Of a DNA stretch of 64,000 bases, positions 46,443-56,238 are shown piece by piece. How positions within the stretch are numbered: the first letter of the stretch is position 1; the number at the start of each line of letters is the position of its first letter. A program made the position numbers and the translations under genes. The notes beneath the pieces were generated by a model. That model did not search any database. It had not been told where the DNA came from and saw only the letters and a list, made by a program, of their open reading frames with translations. Source of the DNA: Myxococcales bacterium (lineage in GTDB: Bacteria > Myxococcota_A > UBA9160 > SZUA-336); contig JABSQV010000053.1 in the NCBI GenBank assembly GCA_013215565.1, positions 7,775-71,774 of the forward strand. The letters run 5' to 3'.

Positions 46443-47033
46443 ATGGAACTCGAACGGATCCGAAACAGGCTGATGGACTATCGCCCCTCCCTCGCCGAGG
46501 CCGACCGCGGACGCTCGCGCGCCGCGGTGGCCCTGGTCCTGTACGAACTCGCCCCGGAGCCTCCCGCGTTGCTGTTCATCGAGCGGGCGCAGCACGAGGG
46601 GGACCCCTGGTCCGGCCAGATGGCGTTCCCGGGGGGCCGCTGGGAACCGCAGGATCAGGACCTGGCGACCACGGCCACGCGCGAAACCCAGGAGGAGGTC
46701 GGACTCAGTCTCGGCCCGGCCGTCGCACGCCTAGACGACTTCGAGGGCGCCCGCGCTTCCGGCCGCCACCAGCTGGTGGTCTCGCCGTTCGTCTACACGC
46801 TCGAGAAGCGGCCGGACCTGTTCCCCAACCGGGAGGTGAACTCGACGGTCTGGGTGCCGTTGCCCTCTCTGCTCGATCCGGGTTCCCGCCGGGCCTACGA
46901 GTTCGGGCCGCCCGAGGCGGGGGGGCCGTTCGCGTCGATCCTCTACGACCGATACACGATCTGGGGACTCACCTACCGGATCCTCTGGAACTTCCTCGAG
47001 CTGCTCGGCGCCGACCCGCCCGGACCTGCGTGA
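46443..47033 (+). CDS. NUDIX hydrolase (CoA-pyrophosphatase-like)
   Basis: Nudix box FPGGRWEPQDQDLATTATRETQEEVGL. ATG 46443. Confidence 0.8.
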   Translation: MELERIRNRLMDYRPSLAEADRGRSRAAVALVLYELAPEPPALLFIERAQHEGDPWSGQMAFPGGRWEPQDQDLATTATRETQEEVGLSLGPAVARLDDFEGARASGRHQLVVSPFVYTLEKRPDLFPNREVNSTVWVPLPSLLDPGSRRAYEFGPPEAGGPFASILYDRYTIWGLTYRILWNFLELLGADPPGPA

Positions 47034-48260
47034 CTACGTGCCCGGCTCGAACTCCGGGGGGCCGTCCGCGTCTAATTCGTGCGCGGCTCGGGGCCCGATC
47101 TCCTCGCCCTTCGTGGCCGCGATGCGAAATAGATCGACCGGCGTAGTCGCGTCCAGAACCTCGTGCAGCCGGGCACCCCGCAGCCCGGCGAGTTCCCGCA
47201 GGCCGATTTCGATCCCGCGGACCGCCTTCTCGAGCGCCTTCGGGATCGAGTCGGGCTCCGAGAGCCGCAGGCCGTCCGCCACCGCCACGGCGTTTGCCAC
47301 AGCCAGGATATAGCCCGTCAGTTCCGCGGCGCGCCGTCCCGGCAGCTCCGCGAGCGCGTCTGCAATCAGACTGCCCGCGATCGCACTGGGTAGCTCGAAC
47401 GACGGAGTGAGTTCGCCCTCGCGCGCGGTCACCGTCCAGGTCGGGGCCTCCGTGGGGCGGAGTGGACGGTAAATCCGCATCGCCGACTCCCGATCTGGAA
47501 ATCCGAGATCCGCCATCCGCGCGATGCGCCAGCGCCGCGCCTCCTCCTCGCATTCGGCCGTGGACTCGAACAGGATCCCGTACACGAAACGCCAGTAGAG
47601 CTGCGGAGCCCGCTCTGCGAGCGCCCCAAAAATCTCCTGCACACGTCCGGGATCCACGCCTGACTTGGGCGAAAAATAGACCGAGCCGTCGACCGTGAAC
47701 CAGCCCTCGCCGGGCTTTTCCTCCTCGCCGGAAGGAATGGCGAGGTCGACCATCGCGCGCAGCAACAAGACCCAGAACTCAGCGTCGGACTCGTCCAGCA
47801 CGGCGATCAGCGTCGAGCGCCCGGCCTCGATCAGGGCCTCGGTCCACTCGTAGGCGCGCGTGAGGTCGATCGACTTGCCCTCCGAACCGGGTAGCCCGTA
47901 CCAGCAGTCGAGGTCGAAGCAGGCGCGGCGTTGCGCGGGCGTCGCGATCTCGAGCAGCCAGGCAGCCTCGGACATGCCGCCGGCACGAATGGTAATCGCG
48001 AGTTCGGTCTCGGGGAGCAGCGGCACCACTGACTCGGGTTGATCCAACAGACCCAGGAAGTTCGAGCGGAGCGCGGGGCGTAGCTCCAGGCAGGCGCGCG
48101 CCTGACGATCGAGCGAGAGCGCGCGGAGTTTCTCGATGGCCGCCGCGCGGTTACGGCGCGCGAGACGAAGCAACTGCGGACCCGACTGCTCGCCCGGATC
48201 TTCGACCGCGGCCGCGGTCTCCGCTGAACCTCTCTCCGGGGGCGGCCGTTCTTCAGCCAT
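47034..48260 (-). CDS. conserved-looking hypothetical protein
   Basis: Long non-repetitive ORF. ATG 48260 overlaps the lon stop by 8 nt. No motif recognised. Confidence 0.65.
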   Translation of the reverse strand: MAEERPPPERGSAETAAAVEDPGEQSGPQLLRLARRNRAAAIEKLRALSLDRQARACLELRPALRSNFLGLLDQPESVVPLLPETELAITIRAGGMSEAAWLLEIATPAQRRACFDLDCWYGLPGSEGKSIDLTRAYEWTEALIEAGRSTLIAVLDESDAEFWVLLLRAMVDLAIPSGEEEKPGEGWFTVDGSVYFSPKSGVDPGRVQEIFGALAERAPQLYWRFVYGILFESTAECEEEARRWRIARMADLGFPDRESAMRIYRPLRPTEAPTWTVTAREGELTPSFELPSAIAGSLIADALAELPGRRAAELTGYILAVANAVAVADGLRLSEPDSIPKALEKAVRGIEIGLRELAGLRGARLHEVLDATTPVDLFRIAATKGEEIGPRAAHELDADGPPEFEPGT

Positions 48261-50616
48261 CTGCCGGGAACGCGACGGCGAGCACGTCGCGCACGTGATC
48301 GGCAAAGTGAAACACCAGCGACGCCCGGACGTCGTCCGGGATCTCCTCGAGATCGTTTCGGTTGTCAGAGGGCAGTACGATTTCGCGAATTCCGGCGCGG
48401 TGTGCGGCCAGCACCTTGTCCTTGACCCCTCCGACGGGCAGCACCCGGCCCCGGAGGGTGATCTCGCCCGTCATGGCGAGGTCGCCGCGTACCGCGGTCT
48501 GCTGGAGGAGACTCACGAGTCCCGTGAGCACGGCAACGCCCGCGGACGGACCATCTTTGGGAATCGCACCCGAGGGCACGTGGACGTGGATCTCGTTGCG
48601 TTCGAAAAGCTCCGGGTCGATCCCGAGTTCGTTAGCGTTGGAGCGCAGGTACGAGAGCGCGGTCTCGGCCGACTCTCGCATGACGTCCCCGAGCTGCCCC
48701 GTCAGGCGCAGCCCGGGCTTCCCCTCCATCAGCGCGGATTCGACAAACACGATATCTCCCCCGACCGGGGACCAGAAAAGGCCGACCGAGACCCCGGGTC
48801 GCGCGATCGTCTCCATTTCGGAACGCGCGAAGGGTGCGGGGCCGAGCAGTTGAGGAAGCTCGTCCGCTGAGATCGCGACCGAACTCTCTCCCTCGGCGAT
48901 CCTGAGCGCCGCCTTGCGAACCAGGGCCGCGATCTGCCGTTCCAGCTGCCGAACCCCCGCTTCGCGCGTGTACTGTTCCACGATGCGCGCGAGCACCTCG
49001 TCCGGGAGCCTGAGCGACTCCGCTTCGAGCCCGTGCTGTTCGAGTTGCCGCGGGATCAGGAACTCGCGTCCGATACTGTGCTTATCGCGCTGGGTGTAGC
49101 CGGCCAGCTCGATGATCTCCATCCGGTCCAGCAGCGGAGGCGGAATCGTGTCGGTGCGGTTCGCAGTCGCGATGAACAACACCCGCGAAAGATCGAACGG
49201 AATCTCGAGGTAGTGATCGCTGAAGCTCGAGTTCTGCTCCGGGTCGAGCACTTCGAGCAGTGCCGAAGACGGATCCCCCTGATGATCGGCTCCCACCTTG
49301 TCGATTTCGTCGAGCATGAAGACCGGATTGTTCGAGGCCGCGCGCCGGAGCCCCTGGATGATCCGTCCCGGCAGCGCGCCGACGTAGGTGCGCCGATGGC
49401 CACGAATCTCGGCCTCGTCGCGCACCCCACCGAGTGAAATGCGCGTGAACTCGCGGCCCATCGCGCGCGCGATCGATTTGCCGAGCGAGGTCTTGCCCAC
49501 TCCCGGCGCACCCAGAAAGCAGAGGATGGGGCCGCGCGGCTCTTCGACCAGGCACCGCACGGACAGGTACTCGAGGATCCGCTCCTTGACACGTTCGAGG
49601 CCGTGGTGATCCTCGTCCAGAATCCCTCGCACGTGGGGCAGATCCAGGTTGTCAGGCGTGCTCTGCTCCCACGGCAGGTCGAGGATCCACTCGACGTAGG
49701 AGCGGATCACCGAACGCTCCGGAGAGTGGGATGGGATGCTCGCGAAGCGGTTCACCTCGCGCTCTGCAACCCCACGGGCCTCGTCCGGAAGCTCGGCTAC
49801 GTCGAGGCGCTCCCTGAGTCCGTCCGCTTCCGCGACCTGCTCGTCCGACTCTCCGAGTTCTTCCTGGATCTTTCGCAATTGCTCGCGAAGCAGACCCTTC
49901 CGGCGGCCCTCGTCGATCTCGCCCGCGGCCTTGTCTGCAAAACTCTTCGATACCCGCGCGACCCGAATCTCGCGCGTCAGGTGCCGAATCAGGACGCGCA
50001 TGCGCGCGAGTACGTCGGGCTGCGCGAGCAGGCTCTGACGGTCCCCGGTCGAGAGCATCCCCCCAAAAGCGACGAGGTCCGCGAGTTGGGCCGCGTCATC
50101 AAGCTGGCTCACCATTTCAGTCAGCTCGTCGGGCAGGTCCGCGCGCAATTCGATCAGCTCCATCGTGAGTCGCTGTAGCGACCGGCGCGCGGCTTCCGCC
50201 TCCGCAGTCTGCTCGAGCAACTCCGGGATCACCTCGAAACGTACCCGCTGCAGTCCGTCGTCTTCGATCACCTGGAGCAGGCGAAGCCGCGCGAGGCCAA
50301 TCGCGACGACCGAAAGCGCGCCGCCTACGTCCGCGACCTGCAGCACGCGGGCGACGCAGCCCACGTCGTGGAGGTCCTCGAATTCGACCGTCTCGGCCTG
50401 GGTCTCCCGCTGGGTCACGACCGCGATCAGGCCGTCGCTCCCGGCGGCCGCGCGGACGGCCGCCGTTGACCGGGCGCGCCCGACGCTGAGCGGCATAGTG
50501 GTGCCCGGAAAGAGCACCGCCGCTCGAACCGGGAGCAGTGGAAGCTCGGCGGGGATCTCGAGTTCCTCCCCGCCGACCTCGATTCTAGAAGTTGGAACGT
50601 CCGCCACGCCGGCCAC
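48253..50616 (-). CDS. lon: ATP-dependent Lon protease (LonA)
   Basis: N-terminal LON domain, Walker [10 protein letters not shown], Walker B FMLDEIDK, protease Ser motif PKDGPSAG. 787 aa. Confidence 0.95.
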   Translation of the reverse strand: MAGVADVPTSRIEVGGEELEIPAELPLLPVRAAVLFPGTTMPLSVGRARSTAAVRAAAGSDGLIAVVTQRETQAETVEFEDLHDVGCVARVLQVADVGGALSVVAIGLARLRLLQVIEDDGLQRVRFEVIPELLEQTAEAEAARRSLQRLTMELIELRADLPDELTEMVSQLDDAAQLADLVAFGGMLSTGDRQSLLAQPDVLARMRVLIRHLTREIRVARVSKSFADKAAGEIDEGRRKGLLREQLRKIQEELGESDEQVAEADGLRERLDVAELPDEARGVAEREVNRFASIPSHSPERSVIRSYVEWILDLPWEQSTPDNLDLPHVRGILDEDHHGLERVKERILEYLSVRCLVEEPRGPILCFLGAPGVGKTSLGKSIARAMGREFTRISLGGVRDEAEIRGHRRTYVGALPGRIIQGLRRAASNNPVFMLDEIDKVGADHQGDPSSALLEVLDPEQNSSFSDHYLEIPFDLSRVLFIATANRTDTIPPPLLDRMEIIELAGYTQRDKHSIGREFLIPRQLEQHGLEAESLRLPDEVLARIVEQYTREAGVRQLERQIAALVRKAALRIAEGESSVAISADELPQLLGPAPFARSEMETIARPGVSVGLFWSPVGGDIVFVESALMEGKPGLRLTGQLGDVMRESAETALSYLRSNANELGIDPELFERNEIHVHVPSGAIPKDGPSAGVAVLTGLVSLLQQTAVRGDLAMTGEITLRGRVLPVGGVKDKVLAAHRAGIREIVLPSDNRNDLEEIPDDVRASLVFHFADHVRDVLAVAFPADG

Positions 50617-50729
50617 AGGCTAAGCACCCGCGGGCACGGGTCAAGGCCATCCGCACAGCGCTGGGCTCTCGGATCCCGGGGAGCCGGACGCATGCCCGCC
50701 ACGGGCCCGTCCGGCGCGAGTTCAGCGAG

Positions 50730-51251
50730 CTACCACTTGAACTTGTCGAAGTTGATCGAAACGACGCCCGGAACCTTGCGCACGCTGCGGATGATCGCGG
50801 CGACCTGCGCGTAGTCGCTGACCTTGCCGACGATGGTGACGCCCCCCCCGTCGACCGTGATCTCGAGCTTGCGCCTGACCCGAGCCAGGTCCTCGTCCGT
50901 GTCGATCCGCTCGTCGATCTTGGCCAGGACCTCCGAATCGGGCGGAGCGGCCACGTCGTAGTCCTTGACTACGAGCCGGTTGCGCATGTCCTTGACGCCC
51001 TTCACGCTCTCGCCGATTCCGGTGGCCTTCTCAACGAGCGCTTCGGTCGCGACCCAGCCGGTGACGAGCAGGGTCCCGCGCATGTAGCGAATTTCGGCGC
51101 CGATATAGCCCGGCTCCTTGTAGTACTTGCGCTGCGCCTTGATCGTGCGCTTGGCGTCCGCGGCGGATTGCGCCTCTACGACCGGCGCCCAGAACAGCAC
51201 CGATGCGGCCAGACTCAATGTGATCAGATGGCGGAACTGCCGGCTCGTCAT
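50730..51251 (-). CDS. BON-domain periplasmic protein
   Basis: Signal peptide from ATG 51251. Two BON-like units (..VTGWVATEALVEKA..GVKDMRNRLVV and ..VTIVGKVSDYAQVAAIIRSVRKVPGVVSI). Confidence 0.75.
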   Translation of the reverse strand: MTSRQFRHLITLSLAASVLFWAPVVEAQSAADAKRTIKAQRKYYKEPGYIGAEIRYMRGTLLVTGWVATEALVEKATGIGESVKGVKDMRNRLVVKDYDVAAPPDSEVLAKIDERIDTDEDLARVRRKLEITVDGGGVTIVGKVSDYAQVAAIIRSVRKVPGVVSINFDKFKW

Positions 51252-51434
51252 CCCCGTCCTCCCTCGCAGGCGGGGCCAGGAATTCCGACCGAACACCGCG
51301 AGACTTCTCCAAACCCTCAACCAGGCAAAGCTTTTTTCTGCTGGCCCGGCTCGGGCGGGTCAGTTCGCAAGCCTATCGAACCGCCGAGCACGAGGTCAAC
51401 CGTGCGCGGGACCCGCAGTTCCGGCCGCCGCCGG

Positions 51435-52811
51435 TCAGTACCGGGCGTACTCCACGAGCCGCTCGATCCGACCGTTCCAGGGCCCCTCCCAGAGGTCGAC
51501 GAGTTGTTCTCCCGGGCTCTTTCCACGATCCAGAATCTCGTAGAGCGGCGACAGGAACAGCGATTCATCCTCCCCGGCCCGGTTCCGGATGTCGATCCGG
51601 CGCAGCCCGGCCGCGGCCAGGTCCACGATTTGACGCGCCACCTCGCAGACGGGCCCGTCCGGAGCCTCGGCGCCGAGACCCCGCCGGGCCACGTCGACGT
51701 GCAGCCGATCGACCTCGCCGAAGCTCCAGCTCCCGAGCCGCCGGGCCAGGCCGGCCCGCGCCTCGGCGTCGTAGAGCAGACCCTTCCAGATCGCCGGGAG
51801 TGCACACACCAGCCCGGGCGGCACGGCGTCGGCTCCGCGCATCTCGAGCACCCGCTTGAGCCTGACCTGCGGGAACAGCGTCGTGAGGTGCACGCTCCAG
51901 TCGAGCAGCGTCGGCTGGAACTTCCCGAAGCCCTCGCGCAGATAGTCGCGGAAACGAAGGCCGCCCATCTCGACGTGGTGGCCCCCGCGCTGCAGGAACA
52001 GCATCGGGACATCGAGCGCCCACTCCGTGTAGCGCCGGTAGGGGGACCCGCTACGCCATTCGTCATCGAATACGAACGGGAGCAGCCCGCAGCGTTCCGG
52101 ATCCGTGTGCCGCCAGATCCACTCGCGCCGAGACGCAAACCCGTTGCGGGTCCCGTTCGAGATGCTCGAGTTCGCCCAGAGCGCGCTCACCACGGGTGTG
52201 GCGCGCAGTGCCAGGGCGAGTTTCTCGCCCATGTCGGCCTCCGACGCGTAGTCGAGGTTCGCCTGCACGGTCGCCGTCGTGTGCATCATCTGCGAGGCGA
52301 GTTCGCCGCGCTGCGAAAGGAAGTCGCGCATGATCGCGTAGCGCTCCCGCGGAACTCGCGGGACTTTCTCGACGTCGGCCAGCGGGTGAATCCCGAGGCC
52401 GAGCCATGAAATTCCGCACTCCGCGGAAACATGCTTCATCAGCGCTAGGTGGCTCTGAAACTCTGCACAGGTTTCGTGGAGCGTTAGGAGCGGGGCACCC
52501 GAGAGTTCGAGTTGCCCGCCGGGCTCGAGCGTGATCGTCGCGCCCTCGAAGGCAGTACCAACCACGGCATCTCCATCGAGCAGGGGCTCGTGCCCGTAGT
52601 CACGGACAAGCTTTTCGAGCAGTATCGCGATCCCGCGCGCGCTCTCGAACGGAACCGGTTCGAAGCTCTCGTCGAGCAGACCGATCTTCTCGTGTTCGGT
52701 TCCAATCCTCCAGTCTTTCGGCGGCGTCTCTCCGGCGCGGAAGTACTCGACCAATTGCTCGAGGTCCTCGACAGGTTGGTCGAGCTCGGGATCTTCGCGG
52801 ACCAGACTCAT
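51435..52811 (-). CDS. gshA: glutamate--cysteine ligase, GCS2 (plant/proteobacterial) type
   Basis: RIGTEHEKIGL, ITLEPGGQLELSG, MHTTATVQANLD, LTTLFPQVRLKRVLEMRGAD. ATG 52811 gives 458 aa. Confidence 0.85.
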   Translation of the reverse strand: MSLVREDPELDQPVEDLEQLVEYFRAGETPPKDWRIGTEHEKIGLLDESFEPVPFESARGIAILLEKLVRDYGHEPLLDGDAVVGTAFEGATITLEPGGQLELSGAPLLTLHETCAEFQSHLALMKHVSAECGISWLGLGIHPLADVEKVPRVPRERYAIMRDFLSQRGELASQMMHTTATVQANLDYASEADMGEKLALALRATPVVSALWANSSISNGTRNGFASRREWIWRHTDPERCGLLPFVFDDEWRSGSPYRRYTEWALDVPMLFLQRGGHHVEMGGLRFRDYLREGFGKFQPTLLDWSVHLTTLFPQVRLKRVLEMRGADAVPPGLVCALPAIWKGLLYDAEARAGLARRLGSWSFGEVDRLHVDVARRGLGAEAPDGPVCEVARQIVDLAAAGLRRIDIRNRAGEDESLFLSPLYEILDRGKSPGEQLVDLWEGPWNGRIERLVEYARY

Positions 52812-53227
52812 CGTTCCGAGGCCTGCCGTATCAGCGCCAGCAGCCGCGCCTCGACGCCGGCCTCCGCTTCCGGGTCCCCGGGGTCGTAGCTGGTACACGG
52901 GCACTCCGGGCCTCCGCGCTTGAAGGGTCCCACGAAGGTGGTGGTGCCCGAGGCCTTGAACACGAAAACGACTTCGAAGCGTCCGCGCGTCGCGCGAAAC
53001 TCGAAGCAGTCGACGTGCTTCTCGTCCCAGCCGACCGGGCCCACGGCGAGGTTCGCCAGATGCTCCGCTCCACTGGCACGCACCTCTTCGCAGAAGCAAG
53101 CGACACAGGCGCGCGCGTGCGCTTGCAGGGTCTGTGCTGCGGCGCGCGCCTTCTCCAGGCCGTCCACCAGATCCGCATCGCGCTTCGCAAGCTCGCGCGC
53201 CAGACGCTGGAATCGATTCGATCCCAT
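52808..53227 (-). CDS. hypothetical Cys-containing protein (139 aa)
   Basis: Stop overlaps the gshA start (ATGA). CVACFCEE and GGPECPCTS segments. No family recognised. Confidence 0.6.
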   Translation of the reverse strand: MGSNRFQRLARELAKRDADLVDGLEKARAAAQTLQAHARACVACFCEEVRASGAEHLANLAVGPVGWDEKHVDCFEFRATRGRFEVVFVFKASGTTTFVGPFKRGGPECPCTSYDPGDPEAEAGVEARLLALIRQASER

Positions 53228-53250
53228 GGGCGGAGTGTACGGAATTCCCC

Positions 53251-53259
53251 TGGTATACT
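53251..53259 (+). promoter_or_regulatory. extended -10-like element TGgTATACT upstream of the transporter gene
   Basis: TG-n-TATACT ends 9 nt before GTG 53269, which implies a near-leaderless mRNA if used. No good -35. Confidence 0.3.
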
Positions 53260-53268
53260 CCGCTTCCC

Positions 53269-54621
53269 GTGAACGAGCGTCGGACCCTGGTCGTCACTGT
53301 CGCTGGAGTCGTGCTGTTCGCGACCCTGCTCGCGCTGGGCCAGAAAGGTCTCGCCTGGGCCTCGGCGATTGCGGCACTCACGCTCCTGTGCCTTACGACG
53401 CCGCTTTCGCTCAGTCTCCAGATCGGCCTCGGTGCGCTGCTCGGCGTGATCGCCGGACTGTTTCCGGAGAGCGGCGTGGAGGAGATCCGGATCGTCGGGC
53501 GGATCTTCATCGCGATGCTCAAGATGCTGATCGTCCCGATGATCCTGTTCTCGATCACGGCCGGCATCGCCGAGATGGGGAGCGTGACCCAACTCGGACG
53601 CGTTGGATCACGCACGCTCGGTCTCTACTTCCTGACGATGGCGGTCGCCGTGGCCACCGGGCTGTTGATCGTAAACCTGGTAGAGCCGGGCACGGACGGA
53701 ACACTTCGCAGCACGGAGTTCTTTGCGACGCATGCCGGCACCGGATCCACGTCGCTTCCCGACGAGCTGGCCCTCGGGCCCTTCCTGTCGCGCACGATCT
53801 TCCAGGTCCTGAACAACCCGTTCGCATCGATTGCCGAGGGGCGGATCCTGCCGGTCGTCTTTTTTGCGATTCTGCTCGGCATCGGGCTCGTGCAGGTCGG
53901 AGACGCCGCACGGCCCCTCGTCGATTTGGTTCGGGCCGGCTACGCCGTCGTCATGCGAATCATCGGCTGGGTCCTGAAGTTCACGCCGATCGGAATCTTC
54001 GCGCTGCTTGCACACCTCGTCGCGAGCGTGGGGCTCGAACCCCTGATCGACAACCTGTTGTCCTTCGCGCTGGTCGTCATCGGAGGGACCCTGTTCCATG
54101 CGACCGTAACGCTTCCGGCCTTCGCTTACTTCCTGGCGAGCGTGGGCCCCGGCGAACTGTTCCGGGGCCTCCGAGAGGCCCTGCTGGTCGCGTTATCGAC
54201 CAGTTCGAGCGTAGCGACCCTGCCGGTCACCACGCGTTGCGTCGAGGAAAATCTCGGGGTCCGTCGCAGCGTATCGAGTTTCGTGCTGCCGCTCGGCGCG
54301 ACCGTAAACATGGACGGGACCGCACTGTACGAGGCGGTCGCGGCCATCTTCATCGCGCACGTCTACGGAATCGAACTCTCGCTCTCGGCACAGGCGGTCG
54401 TGTTCTTCGTCGCGATGCTCATGGCCACCGGGGCCCCGGGCATTCCATCGGCCGGGATGGTGACGATGATCGTGGTCCTCGAGTCGGTCGGACTCCCCGC
54501 AGAGGCGATCGGACTCTTGATCCCGATCGACCGGCTACTCGACACGATCCGCACCATGGCAAACGTGGAAGGCGACGCGGTCGTGGCCCTGATCGTGTCC
54601 AGGCAGACGCCCGAGGGCTAA
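53269..54621 (+). CDS. dicarboxylate/amino acid:cation symporter (DAACS family)
   Basis: SSSVATLPVT, PLGATVNMDGTALYE, GIPSAGMV, DRLLDTIRTMANVEGD. Start uncertain (GTG 53269). Confidence 0.88.
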   Translation: MNERRTLVVTVAGVVLFATLLALGQKGLAWASAIAALTLLCLTTPLSLSLQIGLGALLGVIAGLFPESGVEEIRIVGRIFIAMLKMLIVPMILFSITAGIAEMGSVTQLGRVGSRTLGLYFLTMAVAVATGLLIVNLVEPGTDGTLRSTEFFATHAGTGSTSLPDELALGPFLSRTIFQVLNNPFASIAEGRILPVVFFAILLGIGLVQVGDAARPLVDLVRAGYAVVMRIIGWVLKFTPIGIFALLAHLVASVGLEPLIDNLLSFALVVIGGTLFHATVTLPAFAYFLASVGPGELFRGLREALLVALSTSSSVATLPVTTRCVEENLGVRRSVSSFVLPLGATVNMDGTALYEAVAAIFIAHVYGIELSLSAQAVVFFVAMLMATGAPGIPSAGMVTMIVVLESVGLPAEAIGLLIPIDRLLDTIRTMANVEGDAVVALIVSRQTPEG

Positions 54622-54627
54622 GCCGAG

Positions 54628-56097
54628 CTACATCCCTGCCCAGGTGATGTGGTTCTCCGCGCCCACTTCGGCGCGCAGTTCGGCCATGCGCTGTTCCTTG
54701 AGCTTCGCGAAGCGGTCCTGCGCGGTGACCGGAACTCCCGTACCCCGCGGAAACCGCACGCGCAGCGGATCGACGAAGCGGCCGCCGATCTTCAGGCGGT
54801 AGTCCAGGTGCGGACCCGTGGAGAGTCCTGTCGAGCCCACGTACCCGATCACCTCGCGCTGCCCGACCTTCGAACCGATTTTGAGCCCCGCTGCGTAGCG
54901 GGAGAGGTGTCCGTAGAACGAGACGTAGCCGTTGTTGTGACGGATCTTGACCAGGCGTCCGAAGCCTCCGTTCCAACCCCGGTAGATCACGCGTCCATCC
55001 GCGACGCTCCAGACGGGCGTTCCGGCCGGCGCGGCGTAGTCGATTCCCTCGTGCGGGCGCACCCGCCTGAGAATGGGGTGCATCCGTCGCTTCGTGTAAC
55101 GGGAGCTGATCCGGCGGTACTTGACCGGCGCGCGAAGGAAGGTGCGGCGCACCGAACTGCCCTCCGGCGTGTAGTAGTCGCCGTAGCCGTCCTCGTCCTC
55201 GAAGTAGAAGGCCAGCAACTCGCGCTCCGCGGAGCGGTAGGAGGCCGCCAGCACCTCCCCGTACTCCCGAAAACCCTGCGAGTCGTAGCGCTTCTCGAAG
55301 ACGAGCCGGAATTCGTCCCCGGGACGGCTCTCGCGAGAAAAGTCGAAGTCCCAGACGAAGATATCCGAGAAGCGGTGCACGAGTTCGCCCCCCTCGCCGA
55401 GGTCCCGGATCGCGTCGAAGAGCGAACTCGAGATGACACCACCCAGAACCACGATCCGGACTTCGGCCGGGACCTCTTGCTGGCTGGCATGCAAATCACC
55501 CGTGTCGGTCCGCTCGATTCGATACGCGGTTTCGCGCCCGTGGCGGTACTCGAACGACAGAATCTCGCCGTCGGCGCCCTCGACGAGCGAAAACAGATCC
55601 CCGGGCCGCGAGCGGCGGAAGTCGAATACGCCTCGCAGCGCGCGCGTGATTTCGTAGACCGACTGACTGGGAACGCCGTGCTCCGAGAGCGCCTTTCCCA
55701 GGGAGCTGCCGCGCTCGATGCTGCCGCTTAGAATCTCGGAGGGAGGGATGAGCCAGCTGGGTGCGGCCGGCCCCACGACGGCCAGATCCTCCCAGGCATC
55801 GTCCATCCGCGCGCCGAGCTGGCCCGCCCCGGCGCTCGCCAGCGCTTGCGCCGGCCCCAACGCCTCGAATCCCGGAGCCGGAGTCGGGGCCGCGTCCTGG
55901 GCGGGGTCGATCAGCGCCGTGCGCGGCGCCGAGGTCACGGGCCACAGCATCCGGACCGCTGCGTACGAGAAGCTGGCGGCCAGGGCAAAGACGCCGGCCG
56001 CAGCCAGAATCCCCTTCCAGGATCCGGAGATTCGCTGGTTGCGCGGGAAGCGACGCCCCGGTACAGCCCGCTCGCGCTGATTTCGACGACTCCTCAT
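54628..56097 (-). CDS. M23-family metallopeptidase with an N-terminal membrane anchor
   Basis: HEGIDYAAPAGTPV, GHLS, GSTGLSTGPHLDY. ATG 56097 gives 489 aa. The ORF extension to 57540 is a shadow of the ceramidase-like gene. Confidence 0.88.
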   Translation of the reverse strand: MRSRRNQRERAVPGRRFPRNQRISGSWKGILAAAGVFALAASFSYAAVRMLWPVTSAPRTALIDPAQDAAPTPAPGFEALGPAQALASAGAGQLGARMDDAWEDLAVVGPAAPSWLIPPSEILSGSIERGSSLGKALSEHGVPSQSVYEITRALRGVFDFRRSRPGDLFSLVEGADGEILSFEYRHGRETAYRIERTDTGDLHASQQEVPAEVRIVVLGGVISSSLFDAIRDLGEGGELVHRFSDIFVWDFDFSRESRPGDEFRLVFEKRYDSQGFREYGEVLAASYRSAERELLAFYFEDEDGYGDYYTPEGSSVRRTFLRAPVKYRRISSRYTKRRMHPILRRVRPHEGIDYAAPAGTPVWSVADGRVIYRGWNGGFGRLVKIRHNNGYVSFYGHLSRYAAGLKIGSKVGQREVIGYVGSTGLSTGPHLDYRLKIGGRFVDPLRVRFPRGTGVPVTAQDRFAKLKEQRMAELRAEVGAENHITWAGM

Positions 56098-56238
56098 TTC
56101 GCCTCGATCCGGCCTCCCCTCCGGTCCCGGGTCAGCCCCCCCGGCCGGCTCTGGGCAGCCGAGCAAGCGAAATGAATGGCGTATAGTGGCCGGCCAGGCA
56201 AGCGTCTGCCCCGCCCGGAACGTCGCCAGAGGACACCC

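Noticed and set aside
51330-51353. CCAGGCAAAGCTTTTTTCTGCTGG hairpin as a gshA terminator
   Set aside because: The stem is imperfect (bulged), and the T-run lies in the loop rather than after the stem. The evidence is too weak to annotate.
51435-53615. 726-aa ORF extending gshA upstream, and the 575-aa plus ORF at 52920..54647
   Set aside because: GshA similarity begins at ATG 52811. The extensions overlap better-supported genes (the 139-aa protein and the DAACS transporter) in other frames and are Arg/Pro-rich.
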